From an uncultured delta proteobacterium (GTDB lineage Bacteria; Myxococcota_A; Polyangia; Polyangiales; Houyiibacteriaceae), in the NCBI GenBank assembly GCA_963699755.1, contig CAVOVB010000003.1, positions 448,001-512,000 on the forward strand: 64,000 nucleotides of DNA, in the 5' to 3' direction. Within the stretch, counting starts at the first letter, position 1. Each line of letters starts with the position of its first letter. A program made the translations under genes and the position numbers. Below, one piece after another: positions 1-10,196 of this stretch. The notes under the pieces were generated by a model. The model saw only the letters and a program-made list of their open reading frames with translations. It ran no database searches and was not told where the DNA came from.

Positions 1-2
1 GC

Positions 3-3000
3 GAGGAGCAGCTCGCGAATATCGAGCGCGCCGTCGGGTTCTTCGAGCGCGCTGCTCAGGAGCAGCCCGATGATGGGGCCGCGTACGTCGCGCTCGACCG
101 GCTCTTCGCGTCGGTCAACGACTCGGAGCGACTGGCCGATGTGCTCGAGCGACGGCTGGAGCTCGAAGAGGAGGCGGAGGTTCGGGTCGAGGTGGGGATG
201 CGGCTCGCCGAGCTCTACGAGGCTCAACTCGGCCGTCCCGATGCCGCCTGCGATGCCTTACGCGCCGTCGCGGAGGCGGACCCCAAGCATCGCGACGCCT
301 TGCAAGGGTTGAGCAGGCTTTACGAGCGCCAGGGTCAGTGGCCGGAGCTCCTGGAGGTGCTTCAGCGCCGGACCGAAATCGCAGCGCATGAAGCCGAGCG
401 GGTCGAGCTCACCCATCAGCTGGGCAACATCATGGAGCGCGAGCTCGACGACGAGCTGAGCGCGATTTCGGTGTACAGCCAAATTCTTCGAATCGATCCC
501 GGGCACGAGCCCTCGGTCCAAGCGCTGCTTCGAATCACCAAGCTCGCAGACTATCGTGAAGACGCGGCCGCGGCGCTCGAGCCCTTCCTCCGAACGCAGG
601 AGCGCTGGAATGACCTGGCGACGCTGATTCGGCTGCGTGCCGATGCGATGACCGATCCGCAACAGAAGGCGGAGCAGCTGGTCGCGCTGGCGGAGGTGCA
701 CGAGCACGGGCGCAAAGATCCGAACTCCGCGCTCGATGCTTTGCTTCAGTCGATCGGAGAGCGTCCGGAGGACACCGAGATCCTCGACCGGGCCGAGCCT
801 CTGGCCGCGAGCCTTCAGCGATGGTCCGACCTCGTCGAGGTCTTGTTCGCGGAAGCGAGCGCGAGCCTCGATCCTGAGCCGGGCGCCGCTCTCTACGGTC
901 GCGTTGCGCGGATCTGCGAAGACGAGCTCAAGGATTTGAGCAAGGCGATCGACGCCCACGAGCGAGCGCTTTCCTTGCTGGGCGACGATTCTTCGATCCT
1001 CGAGACCCTCGATCGGCTCCTTCAGAAGACCGAGCAATGGGATCGGGTGCATGAGGTCATCTCGCGCCGATTGGATTTGCCGGGCGCCGACCAGCCGACT
1101 CTCCTCTTGCGGCAAGGGCGACTGCGGGCGAGCCACCTCGGCGATTACGAAGGCGCGCTCGGCGCATACGAGAAGGCGATGGCACAGGATCCTGGGCGTG
1201 AAGATACGCTTGCCGCTGTCCGGAGCCTTGTCGAAAAACCACAGGTCGCCCCGAGCGCGCTCGACCTGCTCGAAGCGCACTATCGGAGAGAGGGCAATCT
1301 CGAAGAAGTCGTGCGACTCTATGAGCGCCGGGTCGAGCTTGCGGTGAGCGATGCCGATCGCGTCGCGCTCCTCACCCAAGCGGCTTCGATATGGGAAGGC
1401 GAGCTCGGCCGCCCAGAAAAGGCCTTGAGCGCCCTGCGCGACGCCGTGCGGACCGACCCCCGCGACCTGACGCTCATCGATTCCCTCGAACGTCTCGCGG
1501 AGATGTCGGGGCGCTGGGCCGAGCTCGATGGCTTGGTCGACGAGATCGCCGTACACGGTGACCTCGACCGGCGGGAAATCTACGAGCTGCGCCTGCGGTC
1601 GGCGAGCTGGTACCGCGATCGTTTGTCGGACCCGAGTGCGGCGGAGCGCGCCCTCACTGAGGCGCTCGGGCTCGATCCGGAGCCTCTCGAAGCGCACGCG
1701 CAACGCGTCGACTTGATTCGAGCGCAGGGCCGGCCCGCGGACATGGTCAAGGCGCTCCGCGCCTGGGCAGAAGTCGACCCGAGCACAGATCGGCGCATCG
1801 GCCTCTTGCGAGAGGCTGCAGAGCTCGCGCGTCGGCAGCTTCACGAGCCGGAGCTGGCGGCGGACTGCTATCAAGAGCTGATCGCCATCGAGCGCGATGA
1901 CATCGACGCTCTCCGCGCGCTGACGGAGATCCGCCGGACGCAATCACGATGGAACGAGGTCGTCGGGCTCTTGGAGCGACAGATGGAAATCGTGGCGGGC
2001 GTCGAACGTGCAGAGGTCGCGCAGTCGACCGGACAGGTGTACCGCGACCAGCTGGACGACCCGCGGGCCGCCATTCGTGCCTACGAAATCGCGCTCGAGA
2101 TTGATGAGAACGACACGCGTACGATGGACGCGCTCGAATCGCTCTATCGAGACAACGACCGTCTCGAAGCGCTCCGTGCCTTGCTCGAGCGACGGGCCGA
2201 TTCCGCCATCGGCGAAGAGCGCAGCGCACTGCAGCTGCGGCTCGCGCAGCTCTACGAGCATTCCTTCCGCGACCAGGCTGCCGCCATCGACATGTTCCAG
2301 CAGGTGCTACTGGCGGACCCGAGCAACGAAGTCGCAAGCGCAGACCTAGACCGGCTCTTCGAGGCGAAGGGCGCATGGGATGATCTCATCGCGCTGCTTT
2401 TGTCGAGGGTCGGTCAGGCAAGCGATGAGGAGCAGCGCCGCTTGCTCGAGCGCGTTGCGGACGTGCACCTCAACGAACGGCGGGATGAGGAAGCCGCGAT
2501 CACGATCTACCAGCGCATCAACTCGGACCTCGGCGCCGATGAGCATTCGCTTCGGTCGCTGGCCGGGCTTTATGAGCGTAAGGGAAGCTGGACCCGAGTC
2601 GCCGACGTCCTCGAACGGCTCGCCAGCCGCCTCGACGGTGAAGCCGCCATCGAGATGTCGCACCGGGTCGCGGACCTCTGGGAGCAGGAGGTTGGCGACC
2701 CCGGGCAGGCGGGGAGGTCGCTTCGGGCGACGTACGAGCGATTCCCTCGCGACGCGGAGACGCGCGAGAGGCTCAAGGCGCACTACCAGGCGGGAGGCAA
2801 CTACCCCGCCATGATCGAGGTCATGGACGCCGAGCTCGAGTTCTCGAGCTCGGACGCCGAACGATTGAAGCTCCTGCGGGGAATTTCCGACATCTATCGA
2901 GACGAGCTCGATTCCCCCGGGCAGGCCGCGCTGTATCTCGAACGCGCGGTCGAGCTCGATGGTGCGGATCGGGGCGCGCTCGTGCCACTTTGCGATCTGT

Positions 3001-3449
3001 ACATGGCGGCAGGCCGCCAGAAAGACGCCGTGCCGATCCTGCGTCGCATCGTCGAGAGCTATGGCGGGAAGCGCAGCAAGGAGTTGGCGACCCACCAGCA
3101 CAGGCTCGGCCAGGCTTTGGCTGCGATGGGCGACGCCGCTGGTGCGCTCGCTGCCTACGACGCGGCTTTCAAGATCGACCTCACCAACGTGGCGATCCTT
3201 CGCGACCTCGGAAAGCTCACCCACGGGACCGGCGATCTCGACCGGGCGCAGAAGAGCTTCCGCGCCTTGCTGCTTCAGAAGTTAGAACCCGATTCGGGAA
3301 TTCAGAAGGCCGATGTCTACTACTATCTGGGCGATATCGCGGCGAAGACCGACGACCCACGCAAAGCGATCACCATGCTCGAGAGGGCGCTTGCAGAAGA
3401 TGCCACCCACGCGCAGGCTGCAGAGCTCCTGGCAGAGCTGAAGGGTTGA
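3..3449 (+). CDS. Giant tetratricopeptide-repeat protein (5'-partial)
   Basis: Frame is open from the window start for over 1100 aa of helical TPR-like repeats (e.g. 'A..AY..AL..DP', 'W..L...L.RR'). Typical of myxobacterial giant TPR proteins. Confidence 0.9.
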   Translation, partial: EEQLANIERAVGFFERAAQEQPDDGAAYVALDRLFASVNDSERLADVLERRLELEEEAEVRVEVGMRLAELYEAQLGRPDAACDALRAVAEADPKHRDALQGLSRLYERQGQWPELLEVLQRRTEIAAHEAERVELTHQLGNIMERELDDELSAISVYSQILRIDPGHEPSVQALLRITKLADYREDAAAALEPFLRTQERWNDLATLIRLRADAMTDPQQKAEQLVALAEVHEHGRKDPNSALDALLQSIGERPEDTEILDRAEPLAASLQRWSDLVEVLFAEASASLDPEPGAALYGRVARICEDELKDLSKAIDAHERALSLLGDDSSILETLDRLLQKTEQWDRVHEVISRRLDLPGADQPTLLLRQGRLRASHLGDYEGALGAYEKAMAQDPGREDTLAAVRSLVEKPQVAPSALDLLEAHYRREGNLEEVVRLYERRVELAVSDADRVALLTQAASIWEGELGRPEKALSALRDAVRTDPRDLTLIDSLERLAEMSGRWAELDGLVDEIAVHGDLDRREIYELRLRSASWYRDRLSDPSAAERALTEALGLDPEPLEAHAQRVDLIRAQGRPADMVKALRAWAEVDPSTDRRIGLLREAAELARRQLHEPELAADCYQELIAIERDDIDALRALTEIRRTQSRWNEVVGLLERQMEIVAGVERAEVAQSTGQVYRDQLDDPRAAIRAYEIALEIDENDTRTMDALESLYRDNDRLEALRALLERRADSAIGEERSALQLRLAQLYEHSFRDQAAAIDMFQQVLLADPSNEVASADLDRLFEAKGAWDDLIALLLSRVGQASDEEQRRLLERVADVHLNERRDEEAAITIYQRINSDLGADEHSLRSLAGLYERKGSWTRVADVLERLASRLDGEAAIEMSHRVADLWEQEVGDPGQAGRSLRATYERFPRDAETRERLKAHYQAGGNYPAMIEVMDAELEFSSSDAERLKLLRGISDIYRDELDSPGQAALYLERAVELDGADRGALVPLCDLYMAAGRQKDAVPILRRIVESYGGKRSKELATHQHRLGQALAAMGDAAGALAAYDAAFKIDLTNVAILRDLGKLTHGTGDLDRAQKSFRALLLQKLEPDSGIQKADVYYYLGDIAAKTDDPRKAITMLERALAEDATHAQAAELLAELKG

Positions 3450-3452
3450 ACC

Positions 3453-4331
3453 ATGTCGATAGGCAAGGTCGCGATCGACGGCGAGGTCGTCGATAGGGGC
3501 GAAGCACGCGTGTCGGTCTTCGACCGGGGGTTTCTCTACGGCGACAGCGTGTTCGAAGTGTACCGAACCTACGGCGGGGTGCCGTTTGCAGAGACGGAAC
3601 ACCTGGAGCGGCTCGCCCGTTCAGCCGCCCGCCTGATGATTCCGATGCCGGTGTCGCTCGAGACCCTTTCAGACGAGGTCCGCGCCACCCTCGACGCCGC
3701 AGGCGAGGGCGACTGGTATGTGCGCGTCGTGGTCACGCGTGGCACCGGCCCGTTGAGCTACGACCCCTCGACCGCCAGCGATCCGCTTCGCGTCATCATC
3801 GTGGTCCCGGTTTCGGTGCCTCCGGCCAACTACTACGCACAGGGCGTGGCGGTCGCTCTGCTCGAGGCTTCACGCCCGACCGATGACGCTCGGGCATCGG
3901 GCGCCAAGGCATCGAACTATCTCGCAAACCTCCTCGCCGTTCACGAAGCCAAGCAAAAGGGAGCGCAAGAAGCGCTCATGATCGGGCGCGATGGCCAGAT
4001 CCTCGAAGGCGCGTCGAGCAACATCTTCATCGTGAAGGCCGGCAAGCTGCGAACCCCCGAGCCACAGCCAGGAATCCTCGTCGGCATCACCCGGGCGACG
4101 GTCCTCGCGGCGGCGGCCGAAGCGGGTATCGAGGTTCAAGAGGGAGAGATTCGACCGAACGACCTCTACCTCGCCGATGAGGCCTTCATCACGAGCAGCA
4201 TTCGCGAGGTGATGCCGGTCGTCTCGGCGGACGGTCGAACGATCGGCTCGGGAACGCCTGGCCCTGTGACCAAGCGACTCCACGAAGGCTATTTGAAGGC
4301 CGTCGCCCAGGCCACCGGGGCGGGGGTTTGA
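3453..4331 (+). CDS. PLP-dependent class IV aminotransferase (IlvE/PabC/Dat family)
   Basis: Motifs DRGFLYGDSVFE, HLERL, KASNY (PLP lysine), EGASSNIF, ILVGITR, DEAFITSS. Confidence 0.93.
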   Translation: MSIGKVAIDGEVVDRGEARVSVFDRGFLYGDSVFEVYRTYGGVPFAETEHLERLARSAARLMIPMPVSLETLSDEVRATLDAAGEGDWYVRVVVTRGTGPLSYDPSTASDPLRVIIVVPVSVPPANYYAQGVAVALLEASRPTDDARASGAKASNYLANLLAVHEAKQKGAQEALMIGRDGQILEGASSNIFIVKAGKLRTPEPQPGILVGITRATVLAAAAEAGIEVQEGEIRPNDLYLADEAFITSSIREVMPVVSADGRTIGSGTPGPVTKRLHEGYLKAVAQATGAGV

Positions 4332-4376
4332 CCGCCTGGCTGAGGCGCAGTACAGGCAGGCCCCAGGACGAGTCAA

Positions 4377-4520
4377 ATGTCGGATACAGGTAAGACCAAA
4401 GCACGACGGCGCCGAAAGGTCGCCGCTCAGGGAAAAGACCGGAAGAAGAAGCTCGCGAAGCTCGGGACGACCCCGAAGTTTCCGCTCGATCCGGACAAGG
4501 CCTCCGAGGCCAAGGCCTGA
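4377..4520 (+). CDS. Small basic hypothetical protein (47 aa)
   Basis: Read by hand: MSDTGKTKARRRRKVAAQGKDRKKKLAKLGTTPKFPLDPDKASEAKA*. AGGA upstream, GC-rich third codon positions, fills the intergenic gap. Not in the ORF track. Confidence 0.6.
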   Translation: MSDTGKTKARRRRKVAAQGKDRKKKLAKLGTTPKFPLDPDKASEAKA

Positions 4521-4562
4521 GACCGCTGGCCTTTGGCCGGCGCGGCGCGCAGGTTTGATGGG

Positions 4563-5636
4563 TCAGTGTAGGGTGTGTGATTCGCCGTCGTGCTCGATCA
4601 TCGGGATGCCCGTATCGGTCGATGCTCTCTGCCCGAGGGGGGCGGGGGGTGGCTCGCTCGGTAGGCTGAGCGCTTCAAGCTCTTCGCGGTAAGCCATTTG
4701 CTGAAGCTTCGCGTGGTGGTAGCGCCGCCTTCGGCGGTACGCGAACATCACGAGGATCGCGGCGGCCACCCAGATGGTGGAGCCAGCAAAGAGGGCGGGG
4801 AGGATTCGGTACCTCGTTCGGAGGCTATCTCGCCATTGCCGCTCGAGGCCGACGCGTGTCCATCCATATGCCGTGGCCAAGGCCGTATCGAAGGTCCCAC
4901 CCTCGCGGAGCGCTTGAATCATGCGGTGGAAGCGCCGCTCGTCGTTGTCGGTGCGTCGGAGGAAACCGACCACGTCCGCGCTCTGCGCGTACGCGACGTT
5001 CACCTCGTACGGGCGGTCCGGAAAGCGATTGTCGAGCTCGGAGAGTCTCAACATCGATCGCTGAGCCGCTGCGCGTAGGAGCGACTCCATACGAGGGAGC
5101 AAACGTACCTCGGACTGATGGATGGCGACGCCTTCGTTGAACCAGCGAGGCACCGAATTGCCGAGGACCGCGCGGTAGAGCGCCACGTGTGAGAGCTCGT
5201 GCACGAGAACGACGTCGAGCTCGGGCGGCTCCCAGGTGTCCGGGGCCGACATCGTCAAGAGAATCACGCCCCAGGGAGGATAGGCCACGCCGGTGGCGTA
5301 GTCCGGAGGCGGGTGGCCGATCGGGGCCATCGCCCTCATCTCACGCGGGTTTCGCGCGACGCGAATAATGAGCTCGTCATCGATGGGGACGCCGAAGTCG
5401 TCGACGAGCTCGGCCCAGCGCTGGCTGAAGCGATCGATGAGCTCGTCGACGCGATCCCGTTCCGCCTCGGGGAACGTCCAGGTGACTGACCCAATGCGTT
5501 CGGTCTCGTAGCCCTCGAGGGCGGAGGGCAGCGAGAGCTCGGATGCTTCTTGAGCGAGGGCGCTGACCGAAACGAGCGTCACGGCGATCGCGCATACAAC
5601 TACCCTGAACGAAGTTAGATGGGGTCTATTCTTCAC
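4563..5636 (-). CDS. Peptidase MA-like zinc metalloprotease, membrane anchored
   Basis: Signal peptide, HELSH zincin motif, PRWFNEGVA, C-terminal TM helix followed by a poly-Arg stretch. Confidence 0.85.
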   Translation of the reverse strand: MKNRPHLTSFRVVVCAIAVTLVSVSALAQEASELSLPSALEGYETERIGSVTWTFPEAERDRVDELIDRFSQRWAELVDDFGVPIDDELIIRVARNPREMRAMAPIGHPPPDYATGVAYPPWGVILLTMSAPDTWEPPELDVVLVHELSHVALYRAVLGNSVPRWFNEGVAIHQSEVRLLPRMESLLRAAAQRSMLRLSELDNRFPDRPYEVNVAYAQSADVVGFLRRTDNDERRFHRMIQALREGGTFDTALATAYGWTRVGLERQWRDSLRTRYRILPALFAGSTIWVAAAILVMFAYRRRRRYHHAKLQQMAYREELEALSLPSEPPPAPLGQRASTDTGIPMIEHDGESHTLH

Positions 5637-6375
5637 CGGGTCTGAATCTTAGCAGTGGCGGCCCCGGCTCGTCAGTACGACGTCGATCAATGATGAGGTA
5701 GGTTACACCTCCGGCGAGAAGCAGTCCGGCGACCAAGTACGGCCAGGCCTTCTTCATCCTGCGTTTCGCCCTGGATTCATCGGCTGGCTGCTTTGCCTCG
5801 TTCACTTTTACAGGAGCGGCTGCGGGCGGCGGCGGAGGCGGCTCGGCCCAACGCAGCTGGGCTTGTGCTGCTCGGCTTTTGATGAACTTCAATCGCTGCG
5901 CTGCGCTGCTCTCGTCGAAATTGAGAACGCCTTCGTAGAACTGCGCGGCGCTCACGTCGAAGACCTCGAGGACGATGGCCCCTTCGCGACGAACGAGGAG
6001 TAGGGCATCGGCACCGGCGATGATCCCAATGCGCTTGTACGATGCGAGGTCCTTGCGAGGGTCGAGGCCGAGTCCGCGACGGATGGAGCGCAGGCCCTCG
6101 AGCCCGTCCTCTCCCGTTGCAGGCTCGCCACGCATGGCAGCGCGCAGAGCGGGGTCGGTCGGAGCCCGGAGCCCGGCGAGGGTGGCTTCCGTTTCGATGA
6201 AGGCGGCGGTTTCGCGGAGGGTCTCGTCGGGATCACCAGCGACGACGGTAGCGATCTTGGGAGGGAGCTTGGCTGTGTCCGTGTCAGTGCCAGTGTCCTG
6301 TCCGAGGGCGAGAGTCGGCCAGGCGGTCAGCAGAACGATCAGCGAAAGACAACGCATCGGCGCAACGATAGGCAA
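5626..6375 (-). CDS. Secreted/membrane hypothetical protein
   Basis: N-terminal signal peptide, Pro-rich linker, C-terminal TM helix; overlaps the start of the peptidase gene. Confidence 0.7.
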   Translation of the reverse strand: MPIVAPMRCLSLIVLLTAWPTLALGQDTGTDTDTAKLPPKIATVVAGDPDETLRETAAFIETEATLAGLRAPTDPALRAAMRGEPATGEDGLEGLRSIRRGLGLDPRKDLASYKRIGIIAGADALLLVRREGAIVLEVFDVSAAQFYEGVLNFDESSAAQRLKFIKSRAAQAQLRWAEPPPPPPAAAPVKVNEAKQPADESRAKRRMKKAWPYLVAGLLLAGGVTYLIIDRRRTDEPGPPLLRFRPGEE

Positions 6376-6413
6376 CGCGGCCCATCCGCGCTAGCGTGCA
6401 GCGCGATTTGGCG

Positions 6414-7298
6414 ATGGGTGACAAGCCTCAGCTCATGCATGGTGTCTGCGTCTGCCTTGGGTACGACGGGACGGGGTTTCACGGCTGGCAAGCGCAGCCG
6501 GGTCTTCGGACGGTTCAGGGGATGCTCGAGGAGGCCATCGACGAGATGGGGATCGAGCACGGCGCGGTACGGGGCTGCAGCCGAACCGACGCGGGCGTCC
6601 ATGCGCTCGGCCAGATCGCGAGCTTTGCGGCGGCCATCGAGGTGCCGCCGGACGGTTGGACCAGTGGGCTCAACGCGCGGCTGCCCGAGGACATCGTCGT
6701 TCACGACACGCAGGCCTGCTACCGCCGCTACAATCCGCGCTTCCACGCGGCCCACAAGCGCTACCGCTACCTCGTTCGTTGCGGCCAGCAGCGCGATCCG
6801 TTGATCCGGAGGCAGGCCTGGCAGCTCGGTCCCAAGGGAATGCGGAAGGACGTCGAGCGCCGGGGCGTGTGCATCGAGGACTACCTCGACGTCGAGGCGA
6901 TGAAAGCGGCGGCTGCGCAGTTCGTAGGCACGCACGACTTTCACGCTTTTCGGCAGTCCGGGGACGAGCGTGAAATCGTCGTGCGCGAGATGTTCGAGGT
7001 GAATGTGCTGCCCGAGTGGAACGGGCGCCCCGACCTGATCGCGCTCGAGGTCGTCGGCAACTCGTTTATGAAGAACATGGTTCGGATCATGGCAGGCACC
7101 CTGGTCGACGTCGGACGCGGCTGGCTCTCCGCAGATGACGTGCCCGCCATGCTGCAGCCGGACTCGGATCGCTCCCATGCGGGCCAGACCGCACCGGCCC
7201 ACGGCCTCACGCTGGTCGAGATCGAGCTCGCGCGCTTCGATGGACCGGGGGACGCCTTCGATCGGCCCACCGCGGGCGAGCCGCCAAAGCGGCCTTAG
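6414..7298 (+). CDS. truA: tRNA pseudouridine(38-40) synthase
   Basis: YDGTGFHGWQ, SRTDAGVHA, FVGTHDF, GNSFMKNMVR, TAPAHGLTL motifs. Confidence 0.95.
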   Translation: MGDKPQLMHGVCVCLGYDGTGFHGWQAQPGLRTVQGMLEEAIDEMGIEHGAVRGCSRTDAGVHALGQIASFAAAIEVPPDGWTSGLNARLPEDIVVHDTQACYRRYNPRFHAAHKRYRYLVRCGQQRDPLIRRQAWQLGPKGMRKDVERRGVCIEDYLDVEAMKAAAAQFVGTHDFHAFRQSGDEREIVVREMFEVNVLPEWNGRPDLIALEVVGNSFMKNMVRIMAGTLVDVGRGWLSADDVPAMLQPDSDRSHAGQTAPAHGLTLVEIELARFDGPGDAFDRPTAGEPPKRP

Positions 7299-7996
7299 AA
7301 AGTCAGACCCAGGCCACCGGTGAAGTACAGCTTATCGCCGACCGGCGCCCGGTTGTTCGCGTCCGAGCCGGCCAGCTCGAAGAAGAAGAATGAGCTGTTG
7401 ATGCCGAAGTCCTCGTCGAGCGCATTGGCGCGGCGCGCATTGACGAAGTTGAGCTCGAGGGCGAGCTGGGCCGCCCAACCGAACCCGTGGCTGCGGCCGG
7501 TGCCTTTTCCGGCTCCAACGGTCTCTTTGAAAAAGACGGTATTGTACCCCACCTTGCCGCTGAACACGAACGGCACGGGGGTCCGGCGAGCCAGCGCATC
7601 GATACGCAAGACGACCATTGCGTTGATTGGAAACAGGCTGAACTTGGCACCGTCGCTAGAGGGGACACAAGTCCCCGGCGGCGAGCTCGCGAGACACGCC
7701 GTTCCTTTGTAGCCCGCCCAACCGCCGGCAATTCCGATCCCGATGGGCCCCACGAACGGAATTCGATACAAGAAGAAGTCAAACTCGGGCAGGATGATTG
7801 GCCCGTTCCCAGAGTACACCAAGTCGAACGCCGAGCTTCCCGGGTCGGGGCGATAGGCGCCGATGCCAAGTGAGAGCAGATACCCTTCGGGGCTCCAGCT
7901 CTCCTTCGAGGCGTAGCTCACCTCCTCGGCGCGCGCGCGATCGGGGCTGACCCCGATCATCGTCATGAGGACGAGCGCCGAGGCTAGAGCTTTCAC
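7295..7996 (-). CDS. Outer-membrane beta-barrel protein (MXAN_2562-like)
   Basis: GTG start overlaps the upstream stop; signal peptide; alternating beta-strand pattern; 'LDEDFGINSSFFFFE'; C-terminal GLGLTF. Confidence 0.75.
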   Translation of the reverse strand: MKALASALVLMTMIGVSPDRARAEEVSYASKESWSPEGYLLSLGIGAYRPDPGSSAFDLVYSGNGPIILPEFDFFLYRIPFVGPIGIGIAGGWAGYKGTACLASSPPGTCVPSSDGAKFSLFPINAMVVLRIDALARRTPVPFVFSGKVGYNTVFFKETVGAGKGTGRSHGFGWAAQLALELNFVNARRANALDEDFGINSSFFFFELAGSDANNRAPVGDKLYFTGGLGLTF

Positions 7997-8979
7997 CGAC
8001 GAAGCCTCCAAACGCCGATCGCCGCGAACAGCAGTCCGAGCATCCACGCCGCGGCTCCTGAGGTGCCGCCGATCATCGAAAGAGGCGAAACCGAGCAACC
8101 CGTGCAGGCGCCACTGGCGTCGCAGAACCCAGCGGTCGCGGCCGCCGTGACCATCTTGCCCGCAGACTTCTCGCTTTCGTTGCCATTGCCCGGGACGGCA
8201 GAGGCCTTGTCGACCGCCGTAACGTATAGGTAGGTGCTCTCGTCTTGCTCCAGCTCGAGACCGGTTGCGGTGAACACTTGACTGGTCGCGTTCTGGTCGG
8301 CGGTCACGCCTTCGATCAGAACGGCCGTATCCGGGTCGTCTTCGATGTCGTTGCGATAAAAACGGTAGAGCTGGAGGTCGTCGGTCGGCTGTGGCCAATT
8401 CAATGTGAACGATTCACCAAGGCCCGGGTCGGTGTTTACGGCCGGGGGGGCCGGAGCGGTGACGTCGACTTTGAATTGCGCGACTCCGAACGATTCGGGG
8501 AGTATGTCTTGGGCGCCGGGCGGCTCGTTCCTGAAGCCGTAGAGCTCGTACGGCTGCCCTTCGAGGGCCGTGTTTGCGCAGTTCACCACCTCGTTATCGG
8601 TGAGATCGGCCAACGTCAGGCCCTTGATGAGGTTATTTGCATCTAAGGTCTGAGCCGCTTCCCCGGCCACCGGACTGCAGCGGTTGGAGGTGATATCCGT
8701 ACGATTCTTCTCGAGGTTGCATTCGCTGTTCTGCCCACCCACCCAGAGATACACCTGCCCGACCGCGGTCCCTACGGTTGTGTCGATTCTGAGCTCGAAG
8801 GAGGTTCCAGCGGGGTCCGCGCAGTTCGCCGCGTTGAAGAAGCGGCTATCCTGCGTATCCGAAAGGAACCCCTCGTCGTTGATCGAGACGATGAGGTCTG
8901 AGGCTTGGGCAAATGTCCTTGGGGCGAAGGCCGTGAGGGCCGTGCCGAGCGCCAAGAGAAACATGAATCGGTTGTACAT
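7993..8979 (-). CDS. Cys-containing secreted protein with FN3-like region and MYXO-CTERM-like anchor (MXAN_2561-like)
   Basis: Signal peptide, paired Cys residues, 'YLYVTAVDKA..GNES' FN3-like strand, C-terminal GCSVS + hydrophobic stretch + RLRR. Confidence 0.7.
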   Translation of the reverse strand: MYNRFMFLLALGTALTAFAPRTFAQASDLIVSINDEGFLSDTQDSRFFNAANCADPAGTSFELRIDTTVGTAVGQVYLWVGGQNSECNLEKNRTDITSNRCSPVAGEAAQTLDANNLIKGLTLADLTDNEVVNCANTALEGQPYELYGFRNEPPGAQDILPESFGVAQFKVDVTAPAPPAVNTDPGLGESFTLNWPQPTDDLQLYRFYRNDIEDDPDTAVLIEGVTADQNATSQVFTATGLELEQDESTYLYVTAVDKASAVPGNGNESEKSAGKMVTAAATAGFCDASGACTGCSVSPLSMIGGTSGAAAWMLGLLFAAIGVWRLRR

Positions 8980-9100
8980 GGCTTTGCTGAGCTGCAATCC
9001 CCGGGCCAATGTTCGGCCACGAAAAGCCGTGTATTTTCGGGAAGGCTGCGGACAAACTGACATGTTCCGCCCTCCTTCTACGCCAAGCCCTGACATTTCG

Positions 9101-10111
9101 TCACTTTAATAGAACTTCTTCGGCGATTTGGACGGCGTTGAGCGCGGCGCCTTTGCGGAGGTTGTCCGAGACGACCCACATCTGGATGCCGCCGGGATTT
9201 CCGACATCGGCGCGAATGCGGCCCACGTAAACCGGGTCCTTGCCCGCGGCATCGATCGGCTGCGGGTAGACTCCGTTCACGAAATCGTCGACGACCACGA
9301 CGCCTTCGGCCTGGCTCAGCAGCTCCCGGGCGCGGGCGGCCGTGATCGGCCTGTGGGTTTCGACGGTGACCGCCTCGCTGTGCGCGGTGATGACCGGAAC
9401 GCGGACCGCGGTCGGCGAGACAGCGATGTCAGGGTCTCCGAAGATCTTGCGCGTCTCCGACACCATCTTCAGCTCTTCTTCTTGGTAGCCGGTCTCGGCA
9501 TCGACCTTCCAATGCATCAGAAGATTGCGGCTCAACTGGCCGGAAAGATTGGTCTTGTCGACTTCACCGCCTCTGGCGGTCGCCTGCTCCTGGGCTTCGA
9601 AAGCGGCAACTGCCGTCGCGCCTGAACCGCTGATCGCCTGGTAGGTCGCGACCACGACGCGCTTGAGCCGACCCTCGTCGTGGAGCGGCTTGAGGGCGAC
9701 GACCATCTGGATGGTCGAGCAGTTGGGATTGGCGATGATGCCCTTGGGCCGATTCGCGGCCGCGGCGGCGTTCACCTCGGGCACGACCAGCGGGCACTCC
9801 GGGTCAGCCCGAAACGCCGAGGAGTTGTCGACGACCAGGGCGCCCTTGCTCGCCGCAATGGGCGACCACTCTCGGGAGGTTCCCCCACCGGCCGAGAAGA
9901 GGGCCAGATCGACCCCTTCGAAAACCTCGGGCGAGATCTCGACGACGGTGTGCACGACTCCCTTGAACGTCACGGTCTTCCCGGCGCTCCGAGCCGACGC
10001 CACCGGCACCAGCTCTTGCACTGGAAAGTTGCGCTGCTCGAGCACGCGCAGCATCTCCGCGCCCACCATTCCGGTGGCTCCAACCACCGCAACTTTGAGT
10101 CCCTGAGCCAT
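9101..10111 (-). CDS. asd: Aspartate-semialdehyde dehydrogenase
   Basis: VGATGMVG, VDNSSAFR, IANPNCST, DNLRKGAALNAVQI. Confidence 0.97.
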   Translation of the reverse strand: MAQGLKVAVVGATGMVGAEMLRVLEQRNFPVQELVPVASARSAGKTVTFKGVVHTVVEISPEVFEGVDLALFSAGGGTSREWSPIAASKGALVVDNSSAFRADPECPLVVPEVNAAAAANRPKGIIANPNCSTIQMVVALKPLHDEGRLKRVVVATYQAISGSGATAVAAFEAQEQATARGGEVDKTNLSGQLSRNLLMHWKVDAETGYQEEELKMVSETRKIFGDPDIAVSPTAVRVPVITAHSEAVTVETHRPITAARARELLSQAEGVVVVDDFVNGVYPQPIDAAGKDPVYVGRIRADVGNPGGIQMWVVSDNLRKGAALNAVQIAEEVLLK

Positions 10112-10196
10112 AGGCGACGGCTATAGATGAGCGTCGCAGGCGCGGCAAGCTGGCCCATGAGCGACTCGCGTATCATGTCTTCGGCAAGGAGCATTC

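Noticed and set aside
258..3224. Long antisense ORFs over the TPR gene, and similar ones over lon, the RND permease and GT4
   Set aside because: Shadow ORFs expected from high-GC codon bias; no recognisable motifs.
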